The notes under the pieces were generated by a model. It was not told the origin of the DNA. It saw nothing but the letters and a program-made list of their open reading frames with translations, and made no database searches. A stretch of DNA of 64,000 nt, from contig CAZLWA010000097.1 in assembly GCA_964563165.1 (NCBI GenBank), forward strand, positions 71,893 to 135,892, given 5' to 3'. Position numbers and translations under genes: made by a program. This stretch comes from an uncultured Bacteroidota bacterium. Lineage in GTDB: Bacteria > CLD3 > SB21. Of the stretch, positions 49,032 to 57,743 are shown one piece after another; positions within the stretch are counted from its first letter, which is position 1; each line of letters opens with the position of its first letter.

Positions 49032-50801
49032 TCAATTCTTAAATGACACATCCACCAACTCCGCATCAAATAATTCAATCACCTTTTTCAAAGGGTTTTG
49101 TTCCTGCAGCTGGCGGACGTATTTGAATAATTCCGCTGCGTCTCCGTTCCCGTTTTTTTCCTGAACTCCGGCATCCACGGTCGGATACCGGTCGAATAGA
49201 TCTTCATCCGTTTTTTCAGACGCGGCACTGACCTGCTGGTTGGCGGCAATAGGCCTATCCAAATCGCATTGGATGCGAAACCGTTGACCAACGGCCTCCT
49301 TCAAAACGCCTGCAAGATAGTCTTTTTCTTTGTGAATAATCTCCGCATGAAAGTCGTTCATCTCCGAATTGATAAATCCGACGTGCACCGCGTCCGTTTT
49401 GACCGACACGGGAACGGAATGCTCCAAGATCGAACCGACGCGGCGCTTATCCGTTTTCACGCGCTCCACGATGACATTCCACTGCGCCTGGACCTGTTGC
49501 AGTGTAACTTCAGTTTTGGTCGTTGGAATTGATTTCCCGCCGGATTGAAGAAGAGACGGGACCGGCGCGGGATCGGTAACGGCAATATTTTGAGGTGGCG
49601 AATGTACTTCTACTGAATTAAGTTTTTTTTTTACGGCATCGGCCGGGGCGCCGGTGCCGGCCGTTTGGCCTATGGACTCGATGGTATCGATCAAGTCGGA
49701 AATCGCTACGGTATTTTCCATCTGAATCAATTTCATCAGCAGCAGTTCAAAAATAAATTTCTGTTTGATGCTCCATTTGATCCGTTGAATCGTCTCAGAA
49801 ACCAGATTCATCATACGCAGTAAGTCGGGTTCGGTGAAGTTCACGCACGTTTGCGCATACTGCGCCTGATAACTTTCGAACACCTCCGTCAGCGCCTTCG
49901 CGCCGCAGGCTTTCGCCATCAGCAGATTCCGAACATGCCCGAGAAATCCGTTCAGAAATTCCGTGATGTCCCAGCCGGCGTCCAAAACTTTTTCCGAAAA
50001 CGTAAACCCGTCGGCGATATTCTTTTTTTTGATGATCTCGGTAAGTTCGAAGTGCACATGTAAATTAATAATACCGAGCGATTGACGCACATCCGCAATC
50101 TTCACTTTCATTCCGCAAAATGAAACCACCTGATCCAGCAGCGTCAGCGCATCGCGCAATCCGCCATCCGACATCTGGGCAATGGCAAAAAGCGATTCTT
50201 CGTCCATTTCTATTTTTTCGACGTCACAAATGACCTTCAGGCGTCCGACGATTTTTTCAATCGGGACGCGCTTAAAATCGAAACGCTGACACCGCGACAA
50301 GATGGTCGGTAGGATCTTGTGCGGCTCGGTCGTGGCAAAAATAAAAATCACCTGCGGGGGCGGTTCTTCCAGCGTTTTCAAAAGAGCATTGAACGCATCC
50401 TTGGTGATCATATGAAATTCGTCGATGATGTAGATTTTGTATCCTCCGCGAACGGGCATGTAGCGCACGTTATCCCGGAGACTGCGAATTTCATCGATAC
50501 CGCGATTCGAAGCGCCGTCGATTTCCAGAACATCCAAACTGCGCCCGCCTGTAATTTCCGTACAGTTCACACATTCGTTGCAGGGCGTGATCGTCGGCCC
50601 GCCTTTCTCGCAGTTGATGGCTTTGGCGAAAATTCTCGCCGACGTCGTTTTTCCGACGCCGCGCGGACCGGAAAAAATATACGCATGCGCGATACGCTTT
50701 GATTCGATCGCGTTTTTTAGCGTCGTCGTGATGTGTTCCTGGCCGATCACATCATCGAAGACCATCGGACGATATTTGCGCGCAATAACTAGGTAAGACA
50801 T
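49032..50801 (-). CDS. dnaX: DNA polymerase III subunit tau/gamma
   Basis: It has the Walker A motif GPRGVGKTT, the zinc module CNECVNC and SRC-type motifs. It is 589 aa. An A10 run lies at codons ~389-392. Confidence 0.9.
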   Translation of the reverse strand: MSYLVIARKYRPMVFDDVIGQEHITTTLKNAIESKRIAHAYIFSGPRGVGKTTSARIFAKAINCEKGGPTITPCNECVNCTEITGGRSLDVLEIDGASNRGIDEIRSLRDNVRYMPVRGGYKIYIIDEFHMITKDAFNALLKTLEEPPPQVIFIFATTEPHKILPTILSRCQRFDFKRVPIEKIVGRLKVICDVEKIEMDEESLFAIAQMSDGGLRDALTLLDQVVSFCGMKVKIADVRQSLGIINLHVHFELTEIIKKKNIADGFTFSEKVLDAGWDITEFLNGFLGHVRNLLMAKACGAKALTEVFESYQAQYAQTCVNFTEPDLLRMMNLVSETIQRIKWSIKQKFIFELLLMKLIQMENTVAISDLIDTIESIGQTAGTGAPADAVKKKLNSVEVHSPPQNIAVTDPAPVPSLLQSGGKSIPTTKTEVTLQQVQAQWNVIVERVKTDKRRVGSILEHSVPVSVKTDAVHVGFINSEMNDFHAEIIHKEKDYLAGVLKEAVGQRFRIQCDLDRPIAANQQVSAASEKTDEDLFDRYPTVDAGVQEKNGNGDAAELFKYVRQLQEQNPLKKVIELFDAELVDVSFKN

Positions 50802-50849
50802 GACTTAAGCAATGAGACTTTCGTGTTTTTTGCCGGACCTATAAAAAAA

Positions 50850-50946
50850 GCCCAAGCTTGTTACGGCACATCCAAGGATACGCCTACCGTTGCTTCCTTC
50901 CGGACCTGGCGGGGTTCAGCTGCCTCAAATTGCGTAAGGCTCGGGC
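50850..50946 (-). ncRNA. ffs: signal recognition particle RNA (small bacterial 4.5S type)
   Basis: The minus strand carries the conserved domain IV motif CCAGGTCCGGAAGGAAGCAACGG. The 5' GCCCGAGC pairs with the 3' GCTTGGGC, followed by a T7 tract. Its position immediately upstream of dnaX is the common ffs-dnaX arrangement. Confidence 0.8.
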
Positions 50947-51067
50947 ATCTAGAAAATTTACTCCAGCGTACATTTTGTTGCAGCCAAAGTAATGAATCTG
51001 CCTTATTTTGTCAAGGTTTTATATGGGTGGGAAATCGAGGATTTAGTTGTTAGCGGATAACATCTAT

Positions 51068-52342
51068 TCAATTCTTATGAGGATCTCTATATCTCACGGT
51101 TCCCGTAAGGATCGGAATGGCGATGCTGACGAGTACTGTGAAGACAAACATACCCATTGCCCAGATGCCGAGACCGACGCATAATTCGACCCACGTCGGG
51201 GAATATTCGACGATCTTTCCCCACGGTCCGGGAATGAATCCTGGAACGATCAAACCCATCCCCTTTTCAATCCAGATACTGACAAAGAGTATCCCGCACG
51301 CGGGGAGCAGCCACTTACGATTGTTTCGAAGCGGGTGAAGAGTCAGAATTCCCGTCGCGATGAGATTCATCGAAATCGCCGTCCATATCCAGGGCTTCAA
51401 TCGGTCAAACCCCTCCAGTCCGAAAAACAGATACACGGCACTTTCACTGTGATGCGTGGGTTTGTAAAATTCTTTAAAGAGCTCAGAACCGAGCATAATC
51501 AGATTGATTTGCGCGGCGACGGTTACGATCAGGGCAATCTTGCCGATGGTTACATTTTCAACCCAATAGGCCGTGAATCTCCTGACTACGGAGAGCACAA
51601 TGATAATCAGCGCAGGACCCGCAGAAAATGCCGACGCCAAAAATCGCGGACCCAGTAACGACGAGTTCCAAAAAGGCCTCGCCGGTAAACCCGCGTATAA
51701 AAACGCCGTAACAAGGTGAATACAGAAAGCCCAAAAGACGGAAATGATCACGCCCGGTACGTACACCTTAGGATTAGGATGCTTGCCCTGGTAATGGCAC
51801 ATCAGAATATAAAACGGAATTGTCAGATTGAGAAACAAATATCCGTTAAGAACAAGGACGTCCCAGGTGAGCATGGAGCTGGGCCAGTTCAATAGTCCGA
51901 TGCCGGGAATCAAATGCCATGCGCGGGCCGGACCGCCTAAGTCAACTGTCACGAACGCCAGACACATGCACAACGCGCCCACCGCGACTCCTTCACCGAT
52001 CAATACTGCTTTTGAAAAATCCAGGTCCTTCAGAATATAGGTTGGCAATACGAGCATCACGGCAGCCGCCGCAACGCCTACGAGAAAAGTGAAATTGGAA
52101 ATGTAAAATCCCCAACTCACACGATCGTTCATACCGGTCACGCCTAAACCCTCACGCAGCTGAACGGAGTAGGCGTATACGCCAACCAGCATCACAAAAG
52201 TAAGCGTGCCCATCCAAACGTGATAAGCTAGGCCTCCGCGCGTAATGCTGTTGAAAGCATCTTTAATAAACGATAAGACGATCGTTGGCCTTATGTCGTC
52301 CGTGATTTTTCCGGCCGTGTGCGGCGATTCGGTGTGTTCCAT
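51068..52342 (-). CDS. NrfD/PsrC-family polytopic membrane quinol-interacting subunit
   Basis: It is 424 aa with about 10 TM helices. It lies 3 nt downstream of the Fe-S subunit gene. Confidence 0.75.
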   Translation of the reverse strand: MEHTESPHTAGKITDDIRPTIVLSFIKDAFNSITRGGLAYHVWMGTLTFVMLVGVYAYSVQLREGLGVTGMNDRVSWGFYISNFTFLVGVAAAAVMLVLPTYILKDLDFSKAVLIGEGVAVGALCMCLAFVTVDLGGPARAWHLIPGIGLLNWPSSMLTWDVLVLNGYLFLNLTIPFYILMCHYQGKHPNPKVYVPGVIISVFWAFCIHLVTAFLYAGLPARPFWNSSLLGPRFLASAFSAGPALIIIVLSVVRRFTAYWVENVTIGKIALIVTVAAQINLIMLGSELFKEFYKPTHHSESAVYLFFGLEGFDRLKPWIWTAISMNLIATGILTLHPLRNNRKWLLPACGILFVSIWIEKGMGLIVPGFIPGPWGKIVEYSPTWVELCVGLGIWAMGMFVFTVLVSIAIPILTGTVRYRDPHKN

Positions 52343-52345
52343 AAA

Positions 52346-53296
52346 CTAATCCATAAAGTACCAAAATTTGGGCTCTGTCCCGAGATCGTCCTTGAGCCGG
52401 AATACTTTCTTATTGGCCAGCACCCAACGAATTTCGCTATCGGGATCAAGTAAATTACCAAAAATACGCGCTCCCGTGGGACACGCTTCGACGCAGGCAG
52501 GATTCTTTCCTTCGCGCGTGCGCTGAATGCAGAATGTGCATTTTTCCATTACGCCCTTTTTGCGCAGCCGGTTGCCAAGATAGTGCTGGCTGTGATTGAT
52601 CTCATTTTCCGGAATAACAGGATCCGCCCAATTGAATCGCCGTGCATCGTACGGGCAAGCAGCCTCACAATAGCGGCATCCGATGCACCAATTGTAATCC
52701 ACGACGACGATACCGTCCTGTTCTTTCCAGGTTGCCTGCACGGGACACACATCCACACAAGGTGGATTTTCGCAGTGCATACATTGCGTTCCAATATAAA
52801 AATGCCCGTCCTGCGGTACTTCATGATAAAAATCATCGGGCGCGTGTTCAAAATTAAGCTGACCCTTCTTATGTTCATGGACGGTAATGTATTGCATCCC
52901 TGACTCGCGGTCCTGATTATTTTCACGGATACAACCGCGGATACACTCGAGGTAACCCCGGCACTTGGAAATATTAAATGCATACCCGTACAGCACACCC
53001 GGAATCGGACCTTTCGCAGAGATGTTTACATGCTGCCCCGTGTTTATTTCATACATTTTCTCGAGCCGGCGAACCGTTTCTTCTTTTTCTTTCTCACTCA
53101 TCACACGGAAATTACCCTGAAAATAATCATCCCAATCGAGCTGAGCCTTCTCTCTTTCTTCAGCAGGAGCGAAAGGATTGCAAGCCGTTTGCAGCAAACC
53201 CATGCCGGTCAATAAGCCGGCGGCCAGCCCTTTCAGGGCGTCCCGGCGATTCACGTCTTTACTGAATTCGTGATCGGCGGTCGTTTCTGTATTCAT
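52346..53296 (-). CDS. Tat-exported 4Fe-4S ferredoxin-type subunit (NrfC/PsrB/ActB-like)
   Basis: The twin-arginine signal is NRRDALKGLAAGLLTGMGLL. There are four CxxCxxCxxxCP-type clusters (e.g. CMHCENPPCVDVCP, CIGCRYCEAACP, CTFC…CVEACP). The track ORF extends 66 codons further, to 53494, and that extension would bury the Tat signal. The likely start is MNTETT. Confidence 0.7.
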   Translation of the reverse strand: MNTETTADHEFSKDVNRRDALKGLAAGLLTGMGLLQTACNPFAPAEEREKAQLDWDDYFQGNFRVMSEKEKEETVRRLEKMYEINTGQHVNISAKGPIPGVLYGYAFNISKCRGYLECIRGCIRENNQDRESGMQYITVHEHKKGQLNFEHAPDDFYHEVPQDGHFYIGTQCMHCENPPCVDVCPVQATWKEQDGIVVVDYNWCIGCRYCEAACPYDARRFNWADPVIPENEINHSQHYLGNRLRKKGVMEKCTFCIQRTREGKNPACVEACPTGARIFGNLLDPDSEIRWVLANKKVFRLKDDLGTEPKFWYFMD

Positions 53297-53535
53297 AGGC
53301 AGTAGCGCGGGTGATTCGGAATACTGACTCCACAACAAAACATGATGAAGGCTCGGGATTTGCTTTAGATAATTCATCTCATCATCGCGTTTGAGCCAAT
53401 CGCCTAAGACATTTTCGGCAAGCAATTCCTGAATGCCCTTCTTTCGCAAATCGTCTCGGGAGTTGTTGCAGTTGTTACCGTTGTCGTTGTTCATCTCTTT
53501 TGATACCCTATTGGAACAGGTGTGATCAATTTTCC

Positions 53536-54177
53536 TTATTTGTTGCTAATTAGTCTTTTCATTGTAAGACTCGGCTGCACCGGCCAACGTTTATCCCAGA
53601 GGGGTTGATGCGGGTTGTGGCACTCAATGCACAACTTGACGACGCGCGGCGGAGCCCAGCCTCCGACCCGTTTACCGTGAGCCCCGCCCTTCCAGTCCGA
53701 AAATTGCTTGAAATGACATTGCTGACACAATTGGTAACTATGATCAAGAGTAATTTCATTTCCTGTTATGGATCGCAATGTATTTAAGTTTGATTCATCA
53801 TGACAGACGACGCAGCTCAATATAGTTTCGGGTGCGTGCTGAAGGTGTATATCCCAGTGGGCCTTACGTCCGGCTGGATCAGTTGACTTCATTTCTCTGA
53901 GCGGCTTGCTGTGACAATTGATGCAGGGAAATTTCATCAGTTGAGTCAATTGGTCTGTTCGAGAAATAACGGAGAGCACACTCGACATTCCCAAAACCTG
54001 CACCAGCCTGGCTCCGTCAACCGAAGCATGAAGATGTGCATAGACCGTTGAGTCCATTTTAGTTATTATTTCAAGCCTGTCCAGCAAGCTTTCGTGCTCA
54101 ATTTTTTTTCGGCATGCGGCCAGGCTGACGAGAACCAGCGCACAGACTATTCCTTTGGTTTTGACGAAGTTCAGCAT
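53536..54177 (-). CDS. tetraheme c-type cytochrome, lipoprotein
   Basis: It has four CxxCH motifs (CINCH, CVVCH, CQQCH, CIECH) and the lipobox LAAC. Confidence 0.7.
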   Translation of the reverse strand: MLNFVKTKGIVCALVLVSLAACRKKIEHESLLDRLEIITKMDSTVYAHLHASVDGARLVQVLGMSSVLSVISRTDQLTQLMKFPCINCHSKPLREMKSTDPAGRKAHWDIHLQHAPETILSCVVCHDESNLNTLRSITGNEITLDHSYQLCQQCHFKQFSDWKGGAHGKRVGGWAPPRVVKLCIECHNPHQPLWDKRWPVQPSLTMKRLISNK

Positions 54178-54211
54178 ATTATTTTAGAATGTTTCAGCCG
54201 AAAAATCCAAA

Positions 54212-54913
54212 TCATTGCAAATTGGATGAAGGCCTTGTCCAATCGGATTCTTCTTGAACAACGGCGTGGCATTGACGGCAATTGATCCGGTCGGGATGAG
54301 GTGTTCGAATTTCCTTAACCGATCCCGGCCCGCCGTGACAAGCAAGACAATTCTCCCGCATCTGCACTATATGCGGTATCTGCGGCGGGCTTCCGGACAT
54401 GGCCGAACGATTGATTCTCGGCGGATCCAGCGTTTTCCAATTGGTCTGTTTAAATAGTTCCTTAGTGCGAATGGGCACATGGCACTGACGGCAGCTCAGG
54501 AATTCCGGGTGAGGTGTGACGGGCGCGTACGCATTGAACTTGGGAACGAACCCTCCGTGTTCATGGCATTGCAAGCAGGTCTTACCGCCAAAACTTTTTT
54601 CATCCGCTACCTCATGCGGAATCACAGGCGGCGCCCCATCAAACGCGCGGCGTTGATAAAAGATTGCGAGTGTGCGTGAGCCTTGTTCCTTCACCGATTC
54701 CAAATAAGACAATGCCTGCGCTGCCCGCCGAAACACGCCGGATTCCTGAGGCAAAACCGGAGCACCGGTAACGCTGGTCTGACGCACGCTTGCTTCTCTC
54801 TTCGCGTGCAACACACTTTGGCCAATCACGTAAATCGTCGCGGCCATCAGGATCACACTCAACGTGATGAAGATGACACGGTTTTCGGGAATCAGGAGCT
54901 TTCTGAAATTCAT
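54212..54913 (-). CDS. membrane-anchored tetraheme c-type cytochrome (NapC/NirT/NrfH-like)
   Basis: It has an N-terminal TM helix and four CxxCH motifs (CLQCH, CRQCH, CLACH, CRQCH). It overlaps the napA stop by 4 nt. Confidence 0.65.
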   Translation of the reverse strand: MNFRKLLIPENRVIFITLSVILMAATIYVIGQSVLHAKREASVRQTSVTGAPVLPQESGVFRRAAQALSYLESVKEQGSRTLAIFYQRRAFDGAPPVIPHEVADEKSFGGKTCLQCHEHGGFVPKFNAYAPVTPHPEFLSCRQCHVPIRTKELFKQTNWKTLDPPRINRSAMSGSPPQIPHIVQMRENCLACHGGPGSVKEIRTPHPDRINCRQCHAVVQEESDWTRPSSNLQ

Positions 54914-57219
54914 GCTTTTTCCACTTTAACCGCGCACTTCTTATAATCGGGTTGTTTAGAGATCGGACAAAACGCATCTAAAGTCAACTCGTTGATCAGA
55001 AAAGCTTCATCAAAGAATGGCACGAAGACCATTCCCTGCGCAGGCACTCCCCGCTCATTGATTGATGCTTTCATTACGATCATTCCCCGGCGCGACGTGA
55101 GGCGAACCTTTTCACCGTTGCGGATACCTAATTTCGCAGCGTCGTTCGGATTCAGTTCCACGTAGGATGAGGGCACTGCCTGATGCAGGACGGGGATTCT
55201 CTGTGTCATTGAACCGCTATGCCAATGTTCAAGAACGCGTCCCGTATTGAGCCAGAAAGGATACTCGCCATCGGGTTCCTCCGGCGGATGTTCGTACGGC
55301 CGAATCCAAATCCACGCCTTTCCGTCGGGTTTACCGTAAAAATCATACGAATCACCTTGAGCCGCCGGATCGTACAAAGCATTGTACCGCCATTTTGTTT
55401 CCTTTCCGTTAGGACACGGCCACAACACACCCGGACTGGCTTTCAGTGCGTCATACGTCGCCATTTCATGTTTAGGTCCTTCGTGGAACTTGCGATATTC
55501 GTTCCAAATTTCTTGAACATAATTATTCTTGTCCCAAGGAAATAAATTTTGATAGCCTAGTCGTCGTGCCACTTCAATCATCGCCCAGGCGTCCGCGATG
55601 CATTCACCGGGAGGCTGCAGCATTTGCTCAAAATGCTGTGTGCGACGCTCGGAATTGCCGAACATCCCTTCACGTTCAATCCACATCGCGCTTGGTAAAA
55701 TCACGTCGGCAATGTCGGTCGTCGGAGTCGGATAGACATCGGATACAACGATAAAGCGATCTTCCTTTTTTGCTGCGTCTCGATAACGTTTGAGTTTCGG
55801 CATAGTAACCATGGGATTAGTTACCTGAATCCACATGAATCGAATTTCTCCGCGGTCAAGCGCGCGGAACATTTCAACGGTGTGATAGGTTGGTTTTGAG
55901 GGAATTTTCTCGACCGGAACTTTCCAGATTTCTGCTGCAATCTTGCGGTCGTGTTCATCCGTTACCACTCCGTGAGGCAATCGGTTGGTGAAGCAACCCA
56001 CCTCGCGCGCGGTCCCGCAGGCGCTGGGTTGCCCTGTAAGCGAAAACGGACTGTTACCCGGAGAGGAGATTTTACCAAGAAGCAGATGAATATTATACAC
56101 CAGATTCTGAATCCAGGTTCCGCGGGTATGCTGATTCATTCCCATACACCAGAAACTCATTACTTTTTTGTTGGGATCCCCGTAAAGAGACGCCATGAAC
56201 TTGATGTCCTTCGAAGAAACACCGGAAATTTTCTCAACGGCTTCCGGCTTATAATCTTCTAAGAATTTCTTGTATTCTTCAAACGTCGCTTCTTTGGCTT
56301 GATCTTCAAAAGTAAATTTATCATCCAACCCGTACCCGATATCGGTTTTACCGCGTTTGAATACCGTGTGCTTCTCTATAAAGTTCTTGTTGATCCATCC
56401 GTTGCGAATGATTTCGTAACAAATGGAATTGGCGACGGCGAGATCGGTTTGCGGATTGAAAATGATCGAACGGTCGGCGGCCATGCTGGTGCGCGTAGTG
56501 CGCGTCGCAAAATCAATTATTTTGACGTCGCGGCGCAGCCGTTGGTCAAGTAATCTTGAAAACAAAACCGGGTGCATTTCCGCCATATTATTGCCCCACA
56601 GGAAAAAGACATCGGCGTAATCCATGTCATCATAGCAACCCATAGGTTCGTCCAATCCAAAAGTCGTCATAAATCCGGTTACCGCACTCGCCATGCAAAG
56701 GCGCGCATTGGATTCCAGATTATTAGTGCCGATTCCGCCCTTTAAGAATTTCGAAGCCACATAGCCGTCCGGAATCGTCCATTGGCCCGAACCGTAAATG
56801 GCGACGGCATCTTTACCATGCTGATCTATGGTCTCTTTCATTTTTTGAGCAATGAGGTCCAGTGCTTCTTCCATGGTCGTTTCAACCATCCTGCCGTTTT
56901 TACGCACCATTGGTTTCGTCAGGCGGTCCTTGCCGTATAACGCCATCACGGAATGGTAGCCTTTGACGCAACAAAGCCCGCGATTGACGGGGCTGGATAA
57001 ATCGCCTTGAACGGCAACCGCCCGCCCCTTAGAGAGCCCGATCAAGAGCCCGCAGCCCGTTCCGCAAAAACGGCAAGGTGATTTTTTCCACGTAATCGCC
57101 TCGTCCGGCAGCATGTTTTCCAGGCGGCTTTCCGAAAAAATAATGCCGGGAAAGAGAGAAGCGGCCGCGCTCATTGCAGTAAATGCAACCATGTCCTTTA
57201 GTGCTTTACGACGATTCAT
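54910..57219 (-). CDS. napA: periplasmic nitrate reductase catalytic subunit (molybdopterin, Tat substrate)
   Basis: The Tat signal is MNRRKALKDMVAF. The N-terminal [4Fe-4S] motif is SPCRFCGTGCGLLIG…GDLSSPVNRGLCCVKGYH, the NapA signature. At 769 aa it is in the size range of monomeric NapA. Confidence 0.85.
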   Translation of the reverse strand: MNRRKALKDMVAFTAMSAAASLFPGIIFSESRLENMLPDEAITWKKSPCRFCGTGCGLLIGLSKGRAVAVQGDLSSPVNRGLCCVKGYHSVMALYGKDRLTKPMVRKNGRMVETTMEEALDLIAQKMKETIDQHGKDAVAIYGSGQWTIPDGYVASKFLKGGIGTNNLESNARLCMASAVTGFMTTFGLDEPMGCYDDMDYADVFFLWGNNMAEMHPVLFSRLLDQRLRRDVKIIDFATRTTRTSMAADRSIIFNPQTDLAVANSICYEIIRNGWINKNFIEKHTVFKRGKTDIGYGLDDKFTFEDQAKEATFEEYKKFLEDYKPEAVEKISGVSSKDIKFMASLYGDPNKKVMSFWCMGMNQHTRGTWIQNLVYNIHLLLGKISSPGNSPFSLTGQPSACGTAREVGCFTNRLPHGVVTDEHDRKIAAEIWKVPVEKIPSKPTYHTVEMFRALDRGEIRFMWIQVTNPMVTMPKLKRYRDAAKKEDRFIVVSDVYPTPTTDIADVILPSAMWIEREGMFGNSERRTQHFEQMLQPPGECIADAWAMIEVARRLGYQNLFPWDKNNYVQEIWNEYRKFHEGPKHEMATYDALKASPGVLWPCPNGKETKWRYNALYDPAAQGDSYDFYGKPDGKAWIWIRPYEHPPEEPDGEYPFWLNTGRVLEHWHSGSMTQRIPVLHQAVPSSYVELNPNDAAKLGIRNGEKVRLTSRRGMIVMKASINERGVPAQGMVFVPFFDEAFLINELTLDAFCPISKQPDYKKCAVKVEKA

Positions 57220-57476
57220 GTTGAAACTCCAGTTGTTTCCGGCATCGGATCTTCTTCGTAACCCGACACCAGCGCCAAGAATTTAAGTTCGTTCACGGAC
57301 TGTAAGAGTTGTTCTAATTCCTCTTCGGACTCTTGGTTCGGCGTATCGGTGACCAAGATCAGGAGATATTGATTTTGAGACGGAATGACCTCACAGCCGG
57401 GAATATTGCCAAGAACCCGACTCAACTCACTCCGCTTTCCGTCCGTAGGATAAGCAAGATAGCTCTTGATTGGCAT
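57216..57476 (-). CDS. napD: NapD-like chaperone for NapA
   Basis: It is 86 aa with …IPGCEV… and an acidic C-terminal half. It overlaps the napA start (ATGA). Confidence 0.6.
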   Translation of the reverse strand: MPIKSYLAYPTDGKRSELSRVLGNIPGCEVIPSQNQYLLILVTDTPNQESEEELEQLLQSVNELKFLALVSGYEEDPMPETTGVST

Positions 57477-57510
57477 GAATTACGTAATGATTGACCTGAT
57501 ATGATGAAAT

Positions 57511-57525
57511 TTGGAAAAATTCCAA
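57511..57525. promoter_or_regulatory. palindrome TTGGA-AAAAT-TCCAA (FNR/CRP-family-like dyad) about 40 bp upstream of the napD start; second palindrome CATGAC-AAAA-GTCATG at 57566-57581
   Basis: Read directly; both lie in the 267 bp region upstream of the nap operon. Confidence 0.3.
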
Positions 57526-57686
57526 AGACTTGTAGAATAAGTTAAGAAATTAGCTTTCGCAAAACCATGACAAAAGTCATGTTATTTTGAATTTTTTAAC
57601 TTTTGAATGATTGAAATGCAGAAAGCTCAGAAACAGAGGTTAGATGGCTCGATCTTATCTTGCCAAAAGCTGATTCCATGCCTAAT

Positions 57687-57720
57687 GAAAAAAACCGGCG
57701 TCGATTTCTCAACGCCGGTT
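57687..57720 (-). terminator. rho-independent terminator downstream of the YbjN-like gene
   Basis: On the minus strand, AACCGGCGT-TGAGAAATCGA-ACGCCGGTT is followed by T7. It lies 24 nt after the stop. Confidence 0.55.
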
Positions 57721-57743
57721 CCTTTGTCATGCCAAGGCAATGC

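Noticed and set aside
53297-53494. A 66-codon N-terminal extension of the Fe-S subunit ORF (MNNDNGNNCNNS…)
   Set aside because: The extension would place the twin-arginine signal about 80 residues into the protein, and it is low-complexity Asn-rich. The internal Met before the RR motif is the more plausible start.
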